DNA of 64,000 bases, from positions 608,001-672,000 of the forward strand of contig CAWHTE010000004.1 of assembly GCA_963832165.1 (NCBI GenBank), given 5' to 3'. The DNA comes from an uncultured delta proteobacterium (GTDB lineage Bacteria > Myxococcota_A > UBA9160 > SMWR01). Both the position numbers and the translations under genes were made by a program. The notes under the pieces were generated by a model, which made no database searches, was not told the origin of the DNA, and saw nothing but the letters and a program-made list of their open reading frames with translations. Each line of letters opens with the position of its first letter. Positions within the stretch are counted from its first letter, which is position 1. Shown in pieces: positions 56,908-64,000 of this stretch.

Positions 56908-57772
56908 CACCGCGCGCGCGGTCGACGTCGCAGCCGCCGAGCACGCGCTCGCCGAGGCGCTCGCGGCGGGTGCAATCGGAGCGGAGCAGCGCGAGGCGGG
57001 GGAGGTCACGCTGCTCGTCTACGCGCCGGCGTCCGAGTCGGGCGCGGTCGCGTGCGCGCTCGCGCGCGTGCTCGGGCCCGAGACCGTCTCGGCACCCGAG
57101 GCGGTCGAGGCGGTCGACTGGTCGGAAGCCTGGAAGGCGGGCCTGCGGCCGATCGAGGTCTCCGAGCGGCTGCGCATCCGCACCTCGTTCGAGTCGAGCC
57201 CTGCGCGCGCGGGCCAGCGCGATCTCGTGATCGATCCGGGCCAGGCGTTCGGCACGGGCGGCCACGAGTCGACGCAGCTCGCGCTCGCGTGGATCGACGC
57301 GCTGCGCGGCGAGCTCGGCGCGCCGCCGGGCATCCTCGACGTCGGCACGGGCAGCGGGGTGCTCGCGCTCGCCGCGCTGGCGCTAGGCGCTCCGCGCGCG
57401 CTCGCCTTCGACGTGGATCCGCTCGCGACCGCGGCAGCGCGCGACAACGCGCGCGCGAACGGGCTCGCAGCAGGGCTCGAGCTGTTCACGGGCCCGCTCG
57501 ACGCGCTCGCGCGCGGCGCGCGCTTCGCGGGTATCGCGGCGAACCTGCTCAGCCGCGAGCTCGACCCGCTCTTCGAAGCGCTCGCGTCGCATCTGCAGCC
57601 CGGGGGTTGGATCGTGATCTCGGGCCTGCTCGAGACCGAGCGCGAGCGCTGGTGCGAGCGCGCCGAGCGCGCCCGGCTCGCGGTCGCGGGCGAGCGCCGT
57701 GAGATCGACGCGAGCGGCACCGGGTGGATCGGGCTGCTCATGCGGCACTCGCCTCCTCGAGCAGGCGTCTGA
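56840..57772 (+). CDS. prmA: Ribosomal protein L11 methyltransferase PrmA
   Basis: DWSEAWK, IDPGQAFGTGGHEST, LDVGTGSGVL, DVDP, ISGLL; start approximate. Confidence 0.88.
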   Translation: MASESDSSAASAKRGDDERFACITARAVDVAAAEHALAEALAAGAIGAEQREAGEVTLLVYAPASESGAVACALARVLGPETVSAPEAVEAVDWSEAWKAGLRPIEVSERLRIRTSFESSPARAGQRDLVIDPGQAFGTGGHESTQLALAWIDALRGELGAPPGILDVGTGSGVLALAALALGAPRALAFDVDPLATAAARDNARANGLAAGLELFTGPLDALARGARFAGIAANLLSRELDPLFEALASHLQPGGWIVISGLLETERERWCERAERARLAVAGERREIDASGTGWIGLLMRHSPPRAGV

Positions 57773-58623
57773 GCGTCTCGCGCCAGGGCACGCGCGGCTC
57801 CCAGCCGGTCGTGCTGCGCAGCCAGGTCGCATCGCCGACCGACGCATCGGTGGGGCGCACGCGCTCGGGATCCACCTCGATCTCGCACTTCACTCCCGCG
57901 AGCTCGAGTCAGCGCCTCGAGCAGATCGGCGATCCGGCATGGGATCCCGCTCGCCACGTTGTAGGCCGCTGCAGGCACGGCGCGCTCGAGCAGGCGCTGA
58001 TAGGCGTCGACCACGTCTTCGACGTCGAGGAAGTCCCGCACCGACTCGAGATTGCCGACCACGAGTCGCGGCGCGCTGCGGCCTGCTGCGATCGCGGCGA
58101 TCTGGCGCGCGAAGGCGGGGGCCACGAAATGGGGCGCCTGGCCCGGGCCGGTGTGATTGAACGGGCGCACGCGCACGAGGTCGAGGCCGCGCTCCGCATA
58201 ATGGGCACCGAGCAGGTCCGCGCATGCCTTCGTGCGCGCGTAGGGCGAGCGCGGCGCGAGCGGATCGCTCTCGCGAAACGGCGCAGCGCCCACGCCGCTG
58301 TTCCCGTACACCTCTGCCGAGGTCACGAGCAGCACGCGTGCGGCGGGTGCCTCGCAGAGTGCCGCCTCCAGTACCGAGCGGGTGCCGAAGTAGTTCACGC
58401 GCGCGGCGATCTCGGGCTCGCGCAGCGACTGCGCGGGCGAGCTCATCGCGGCGAGGTGCACGATCGCGTCGACGCGCGCGGAGGCGAGACTGCGCGCGAT
58501 GCGCGGCGCGTCGGTGATCCCGATCTCGCGATCGACGCCGATCACCGTGTGTCCGGCGTCGACCAGGCGCGCGACGAGCCGGCGTCCCACGAAGCCGGCC
58601 GCGCCGGTGATCCAGATGCGCAC
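57738..58623 (-). CDS. NAD-dependent sugar epimerase/reductase (Gmd/Rmd-like); +1 frameshift at ~57909
   Basis: ITGAAGFVG, HLAA, SAEVYG, SPYARTK, RPFNHTGP, RDFLDV; C-terminus EVDPERVRP...TGWEP in the adjacent frame. Confidence 0.85.
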
Positions 58624-58713
58624 AGTGCGAGCCTGCCAGAGCGCGCGCCGGGTCGCCATCGTGCGAGCGCGGCCCGGTCGGGCTGATATGCTGGCCGCCT
58701 CCGCGGAGGTCCG

Positions 58714-59493
58714 ATGTCCCGACTCACCCGACTCTCGCGCTCGATCGCGGGCCGCACGGCTCTCGTGACCGGCGCCGCGAGCGGCATGGGGCGCGCCACG
58801 GCGCATCTGTTCGCGGACGAGGGCGCGCGCGTGGCCGCGGCGGATCGCGATGCGGTGGGCGTGGCGCGCGTGGTCGACGAGATCAAGAGCGCGGGCGGCA
58901 CCGCTGCGGCGTTTCCGGTCGACGTGGCCGATCCCGCACAGCTCGTCGCGCTCGCGCGCGATGTGCGCGAGCAGCTCGGTCCCATCGACATCCTCGTCAA
59001 CAACGCCGGGATCTCGTTCGTCTCGCCGATCGATTCGGCGGATTACGCCGAGCACTGGGAGCGCACGATCGCGGTGAACCTGCGCGCGTACGCCCTGCTG
59101 ATCCGCGCGTGTCTCGACCAGCTGCTGCGCAACGGCGAGGGCCGGATCGTCAACATCGCCTCGACCGAAGGGCTCGGCGCAACCGCATTCATCAGCCCGT
59201 ACACCGCGAGCAAGCACGGCGTGGTCGGCCTCACGCGCTCGCTCGCGGTCGAGCTCGCCGCGAAGGGCGTTACCGTGAACTGCATCTGCCCGGGCCCGAT
59301 CCACACGGGCATGACCGCGAGCATCCCCGACGAGTCGAAGCAGAAGTTCGCGCGGCGTCGCGTACCCGCGCGGCGCTATGGCGACCCCGAAGAGGTGGCG
59401 CAGATGACGCTCTCGCTCGTGCTGCCCGCAGCGTCGTACGTGAACGGCGCGATCATACCGGTCGACGGCGGTCTGATCGTGCAAAATACCTGA
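58714..59493 (+). CDS. Short-chain dehydrogenase/reductase
   Basis: TGAASGMG, NNAG, YTASK, ICPG. Confidence 0.93.
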   Translation: MSRLTRLSRSIAGRTALVTGAASGMGRATAHLFADEGARVAAADRDAVGVARVVDEIKSAGGTAAAFPVDVADPAQLVALARDVREQLGPIDILVNNAGISFVSPIDSADYAEHWERTIAVNLRAYALLIRACLDQLLRNGEGRIVNIASTEGLGATAFISPYTASKHGVVGLTRSLAVELAAKGVTVNCICPGPIHTGMTASIPDESKQKFARRRVPARRYGDPEEVAQMTLSLVLPAASYVNGAIIPVDGGLIVQNT

Positions 59494-59507
59494 TCGGCGG
59501 AGACCCG

Positions 59508-60314
59508 ATGCCCGATCTGATCTTCGAGAAACGCGCGGGGATCGCCTATCTCACGTTCAATCGCCCCGAGCGCCGGAACGCGATCAGCCCGCAGATGATG
59601 CTCCAGCTCGCGGACGCGTGGCTCGAGTTCCGCGACGACCCGGCGCTGCGCGTGGCGATCCTGACCGGCACCGGCGACCAGGCGTTCTGCGTCGGCGGCG
59701 ACCTCCAGCTCCTGATGCCGCTGTTCACGGGCGCGCGACCGCCCGCGGACGAATGGGATGCACGTCTCATGTCGAACCTCGATCGCGTCCCGATCGCGCT
59801 GTTGAAGCCCTTCGAGCTCTACAAGCCGATCATCGCGGCCGTGAACGGCTATGCGCTCGCCGGGGGCTGCGAGATCCTCTCGGCCACGGATATCAGGATC
59901 GCCTCGCGCACCGCGAGCTTCGGGCTGTCGGAGGCGCAGCGGGGACTCGTGCCCGGCGGTGGCTCGATGGTGCGGCTCGCGCGCCAGGTCCCGCACTGCA
60001 AGGCGATGGAGATCCTGCTGCTCGGCGAGCGCATGCCCGCCGAGGAGGCGTACCGGATCGGTCTCGTGAACGAAGTGGTCGAGCCGGAGCGCGTGATGCC
60101 GCGCGCGGAGGAGCTCGCGGCGCGGCTCGCGCGCAACGGGCCGCTCGCGCTGCGCAAGATCAAGGAGGCGGTGCTGCGCACGAGCGGTGAGCCACTCGCG
60201 CGCGCCTACGAGATCGAGAACGAGTGCTCTGCGGTCGTGATGGCCTCGAAGGACGCGCGCGAGGGTCCGCGCGCGTTCATGGAGAAGCGCGAGCCCGTCT
60301 TCACGGGCGAGTGA
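59508..60314 (+). CDS. Enoyl-CoA hydratase/isomerase
   Basis: NRPERRNA, FCVGGDL, KPIIAAVNGYALAGGCE, DAREGPRAF. Confidence 0.93.
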   Translation: MPDLIFEKRAGIAYLTFNRPERRNAISPQMMLQLADAWLEFRDDPALRVAILTGTGDQAFCVGGDLQLLMPLFTGARPPADEWDARLMSNLDRVPIALLKPFELYKPIIAAVNGYALAGGCEILSATDIRIASRTASFGLSEAQRGLVPGGGSMVRLARQVPHCKAMEILLLGERMPAEEAYRIGLVNEVVEPERVMPRAEELAARLARNGPLALRKIKEAVLRTSGEPLARAYEIENECSAVVMASKDAREGPRAFMEKREPVFTGE

Positions 60315-60318
60315 GGGA

Positions 60319-61194
60319 TCAGCGCCGGAGACGCGCCGTTGCGCGCGTCTCCTCGTCCTCATGGGCGGATCGCGCCGTCGCGCCGCGCAGGAGCAGCGAC
60401 TGCTGGGCGAAGCCGAGCGCGCCCTCCACGTCCGCGAGGCTCGCGCGCCCGAGGCCCGCGCCGTCGGGGCCGTAGCACACCTCGGCGTCGAGCCCGATCC
60501 ACTCGCCGACGGGTGCGCGGTGCAGCTGGAGCGAGGTATCGACGTTGATCGCCACGAACGGCTCCTGATCGAAGCGCGCGCCGCGCTGCACGTCGCGCAC
60601 GATCGGCAGGCTGTACACCATGTCGGAGAGCGTCGCGGCCGATACGAACGGACTCGTGCGCTCACCCGCGACGAGCGGCACGCGCAGGCGCAGCCACGCG
60701 GCCGGGCGCACGAAGCCGTCGACCGGGCGCAGCTCGATCGCGTTCACGAAGTCGGACGGATCTTCCCCGGCCGAGGGCGCACCGAGCCAGCGCACGGCGG
60801 GCGAAGCGTCCTCGAGCGCGCCGGTCGCGCACGGCTGGCGGTCGGGCGGAGCCGACACGTCCTCGACGCGCAGGCGCAGCGCCGTCGCGCGCGCCGCGAC
60901 GCCGTCACCCGCGTGGAGCTCGGCCTCGAGCCACTCCGCGGACTTGCCCTCGCGCACGGTTCGCACGCGCAGCGTGACAGGTGCGAACGGCGCCGCGCGC
61001 CAGAGGTCGCACGTGAAGCGCACGATCTGCATCGGCTTCGCCGCGGGATGCTGCTCGATCGCGCGCGCGAGCAGGCCCTGCACGGGCCCGCCGTGCTGCG
61101 AGTCGACGTGCCACGGCCCGCGTGCGAGCCGCGTCGGGACCAGACACTCGCCATCCTGCTGATAGAGCGCACCGGAGATGACTGCTTCGCCCAC
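60319..61194 (-). CDS. Thioesterase family protein (double hot-dog fold)
   Basis: GPW...QHGGP, REGK, INVDTSLQLHR.PVGEW. Confidence 0.82.
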   Translation of the reverse strand: MGEAVISGALYQQDGECLVPTRLARGPWHVDSQHGGPVQGLLARAIEQHPAAKPMQIVRFTCDLWRAAPFAPVTLRVRTVREGKSAEWLEAELHAGDGVAARATALRLRVEDVSAPPDRQPCATGALEDASPAVRWLGAPSAGEDPSDFVNAIELRPVDGFVRPAAWLRLRVPLVAGERTSPFVSAATLSDMVYSLPIVRDVQRGARFDQEPFVAINVDTSLQLHRAPVGEWIGLDAEVCYGPDGAGLGRASLADVEGALGFAQQSLLLRGATARSAHEDEETRATARLRR

Positions 61195-61247
61195 GGATGT
61201 CCTCGCATCGGGGAAGCTAGTTGCTTGTGCGTCGCTCGGCTACGCTC

Positions 61248-61703
61248 TCACTCGAACAGGAACCGGCTGACGGTCTCGGCGACGCAGGCGGGTTTCGCAT
61301 GACCCTCGATCTCGATCGTCATGCGCACCACGACGTCTACGCCGCCTTGCACGGTGTGGACGGCCACGAGATCGCCGAGCGCGCGTACGCGCGAGCCGGC
61401 CGGCACCGGCGCCGGGAATCGCACCTTGTGGCAGCCCGTGTTGATCGCGACGGCGTTCTTCACCGCGATCAGCTGCGGCAGCAGCGCGTTGACGAGCGAT
61501 AGCGTGAGGTAGCCGTGCGCGATCGTGCTCGCGAACGGACCTGCCTGCGCGCGCGCGACGTCGACGTGGATCCACTGGTGGTCGTCGGTCGCGTCGGCGA
61601 AGTGATCAATGCGCTGCTGATCGACGTGCAGCCAGTCGCTCACGCCGAGGCTCTTGCCGACGGCCTCCGCGAGCTGCTGCGCGCTGTGGAATTGCTGGGG
61701 CAT
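61248..61703 (-). CDS. MaoC family dehydratase
   Basis: FADATDDHQWIHVD, TIAHGYLTLS, KPACVAE. Confidence 0.9.
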   Translation of the reverse strand: MPQQFHSAQQLAEAVGKSLGVSDWLHVDQQRIDHFADATDDHQWIHVDVARAQAGPFASTIAHGYLTLSLVNALLPQLIAVKNAVAINTGCHKVRFPAPVPAGSRVRALGDLVAVHTVQGGVDVVVRMTIEIEGHAKPACVAETVSRFLFE

Positions 61704-61804
61704 GCGATCTCCGCGGCGGAGAGTAGGGGGCCGCGCGTTCGCTTGCAGGGCCGGCTTCGATCGGACACGATCGGACCCCTCCCGACCGCTGACGAGGTAC
61801 ATCG

Positions 61805-63043
61805 ATGTCGTCCCCCCGCCCCCCGCTCGCCGGCCTGCGCGTGATCGAGAGCTCGCTGCTCGGCCCCGGCATGATCACCACCTATTTCTCCGATCTCGGT
61901 GCGCAGGTGATCAAGGTGGAGTCGCCCGAGGGCGACTACATCCGCGAGATGACCTGGCCGATCGTGCAGGGCGTCTCGCTCCTGCACCTGCACGTGCACC
62001 GCGGCAAGCAGTCGATCGCGCTCGACCTGCGCAAGCCCGAAGGTGCGGCGGTGTACCGCGATCTCGTGAAGACCGCGGACGTGGTGGTCGAGGCGATGCG
62101 CCCGGGCTCGCTCGCGCGGCGCGGCCTCGGCTACGACGAGCTGCGCGCGATCAACCCGAAGATCGTGTTCTGCAACATCTCGGGCTACGGGATGACCGGC
62201 CCCTACCAGAACCTGCCCGCGCACGGGATCGCGTTCGACACCTGGGGTGGGATCGTGAGCGCCGCGGTGGACGACGAGGGCTTCTCGTACATCCCCGAAC
62301 ACGCGTCGGTGGGCATGTACGCGGGTCCGATGTTCGGTGCGCTCGGGATCCTCGCCGCGGTGATCCGCGCGCGCGAGACGGGTCAGGGCTCGATGCTCGA
62401 GATCGCGCAGTCGGACGCCGCTGCGTACATGGACTGGTACCGGATCGAGAGCCACCGCGCGTACGAGCGGCCGGCGTCCGAGGTGACGGGCAACAAGTCC
62501 GACAACTACGAGCGCCGCGAGCCCGGTACCGCGGGCATGCGATCGGGCGTGCGCTACCAGATGTACGAAGCGAGCGACGGCCACGTGCTGTTCATGGCGT
62601 CCGAGCAGGCGTTCTGGAAGAACTTCTGCGCGTGCGTGGGACGGCTCGACCTGTTCGAGAAGTGGCCGGGCTCGAAATACGCCGACCACGCGCGCGGCAA
62701 CCGCGCGCTCCAGGCGGAGCTGCGCGAGATCTTTCGCACGAAGAGCTGCGAGGAGTGGATCCGCCTCGCCGACGAGCAGAACTTTCCGATCGCGCCCTGC
62801 AACACGCCGAAGACGATCGTCGCCGATCCTCAGTTCCAGGACCGCTTCCCCTGGTATTCGCACGAGAAGCACGGCGCCGACATGCTTCCGTTCCCGGTGA
62901 AGTTCATCGGTGAGGAGATGCCCGAGCCCGCCATGGCGCCGACCGTGGGCGAACAGACCGAGGCGGTCTGCCGCAGTGTGCTCGGCTACGACGCCGAGCA
63001 GATCTCGGCGCTGCGCAAGGCAGGCGTTTTCGGGAAGTCGTAG
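61805..63043 (+). CDS. CaiB/BaiF family (class III) CoA-transferase
   Basis: LAGLRV, DLGAQVIKVESP.GD, RGKQS, ADVVVE..RPG, SGYGMTGP, PTVGEQT. Confidence 0.9.
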   Translation: MSSPRPPLAGLRVIESSLLGPGMITTYFSDLGAQVIKVESPEGDYIREMTWPIVQGVSLLHLHVHRGKQSIALDLRKPEGAAVYRDLVKTADVVVEAMRPGSLARRGLGYDELRAINPKIVFCNISGYGMTGPYQNLPAHGIAFDTWGGIVSAAVDDEGFSYIPEHASVGMYAGPMFGALGILAAVIRARETGQGSMLEIAQSDAAAYMDWYRIESHRAYERPASEVTGNKSDNYERREPGTAGMRSGVRYQMYEASDGHVLFMASEQAFWKNFCACVGRLDLFEKWPGSKYADHARGNRALQAELREIFRTKSCEEWIRLADEQNFPIAPCNTPKTIVADPQFQDRFPWYSHEKHGADMLPFPVKFIGEEMPEPAMAPTVGEQTEAVCRSVLGYDAEQISALRKAGVFGKS

Positions 63044-63090
63044 CGGAGAATCCCTTCAAGCGATTGCGCGCGACGGCCGAAAGCGCGCGC

Positions 63091-63786
63091 ATGCGCAACG
63101 CTGCGATCGCCCACCGCGCGGACCGGATCCTCTCGCGACTGTTCCCGACCCGCTTCCGCGCCGGCGTGCGCGAAGGGCGCCACGGCCGCGTGGGCGCACC
63201 GGACCTGTGGCGGATGCAGCGCGCGTTCCAGATCGACTTCCTGCAGCGCATGGGCCTCGCCAAGCAGCACCGGCTGCTCGACGTGGGCTGCGGCACGCTG
63301 CGCGGCGGCCTGCCGCTGATTACCTATCTCTCCGCTGGGAATTACACGGGCATCGACGTGCGCGCGGAGATCATCGAGGAGGCGCGCCGCGAGCTCGAGG
63401 AGGCCCGGCTCGAGGAGCGCTATCCGCGCATCACCCATGTCGACTCGCTCGCAGGGCTCGACCTGCGCGCCGAGTACGACTTCCTCTGGGCATTCGGGGT
63501 GCTCATGCACCTCGAAGACCCGGATCTCGAGACCGCGTTCGCGTTCGCCGCGCGCCACCTCGGCGAGCGCGGCGTCTTCTACGCGAACGTCCACCTCGGC
63601 GACGGGCGGCTCGGCACGTGGGCCGGCTTCCCCGTGGTGGCGCGGCCGCTCGACTGGTACCGCTCGCGCGCGCACGAGGCGGGGCTCGCACTCGAGTCGC
63701 TCGGACGCCTGTGTGAGCTCGGCCACGTATCGGGCGACCGCAACTGCGACTCCCAGTTCATGCTGCGACTCCGCGGGCCGAAGTAG
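63091..63786 (+). CDS. Class I SAM-dependent methyltransferase
   Basis: LLDVGCGTLRGG, YTGID, YDFLWAFGVLMH. Confidence 0.85.
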   Translation: MRNAAIAHRADRILSRLFPTRFRAGVREGRHGRVGAPDLWRMQRAFQIDFLQRMGLAKQHRLLDVGCGTLRGGLPLITYLSAGNYTGIDVRAEIIEEARRELEEARLEERYPRITHVDSLAGLDLRAEYDFLWAFGVLMHLEDPDLETAFAFAARHLGERGVFYANVHLGDGRLGTWAGFPVVARPLDWYRSRAHEAGLALESLGRLCELGHVSGDRNCDSQFMLRLRGPK

Positions 63787-64000
63787 CCGCGCCGAACGCG
63801 CCTTCGCGCGCGAGCGCGGCGAACGCGGCCGCGTCGATCGAGAGCACGCTCTCGAGCACCTCGCGCGTATGCTGGCCGAGCGCGCCGACCGCGGGTACCG
63901 CGCTGCAGTCGACGTCGCTGAAGCGGAACGGCGGGTTCAGCACCGCGAACTCGCCGCGCGTGTCCGAGATCGGCGCAAACGACCCGCGCTGCGTCAGGTG
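63758..64000 (-). CDS. C-terminus of a CaiB/BaiF family CoA-transferase (partial)
   Basis: Frame open to the window end: HLTQRG...NPPFRFS...LGQHTREVL. Confidence 0.75.
   Translation of the reverse strand, partial: HLTQRGSFAPISDTRGEFAVLNPPFRFSDVDCSAVPAVGALGQHTREVLESVLSIDAAAFAALAREGAFGAATSARGVAA

Overview
A very GC-rich, gene-dense bacterial chromosome segment with about 60 CDS. The gene content (PEP-CTERM proteins, DUF4388-DnaJ-TPR, P450 and acyl-CoA catabolism, Wzx/Wzy EPS) suggests a Gram-negative Myxococcota/deltaproteobacteria-like organism; this is inference only. Left to right: end of comEC, a GT-C/TPR gene and fdhD-ydeP; a 13 kb Wzx/Wzy exopolysaccharide cluster with divergent wza; housekeeping and catabolic genes; an HD-GYP / V4R-STAS / DnaJ-TPR signalling operon; a PEP-CTERM / TPR-barrel / FecR-like cluster; a cobalamin-riboswitch-led uptake operon; dGTPase-cutA-two unknowns-queE-PilZ; a MoxR-DUF58-transglutaminase module; prmA; and CoA-metabolism genes. 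I saw no rRNA, tRNA, CRISPR array, transposase or integrase. Best leads: (1) a B12-riboswitch operon whose putative B12-capture proteins (DUF4465/BtuJ-like and a BtuH-like one) carry PEP-CTERM sorting tails next to a TonB receptor and a lipoprotein; (2) an EPS priming glycosyltransferase fused to a degenerate GGDEF domain with an intact RxxD site; (3) a ~100-bp structured repeat that has entered the N-termini of unrelated genes in frame, with stem covariation among five core copies; (4) an unassigned ~190-nt element closed by a perfect 25-bp inverted repeat; (5) a 944-aa protein with nuclease-like, disordered and degenerate DHH parts. Five genes carry single +1 frameshifts that look like sequencing or assembly errors. 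All family calls come from motif recognition by eye; no database searches were run.
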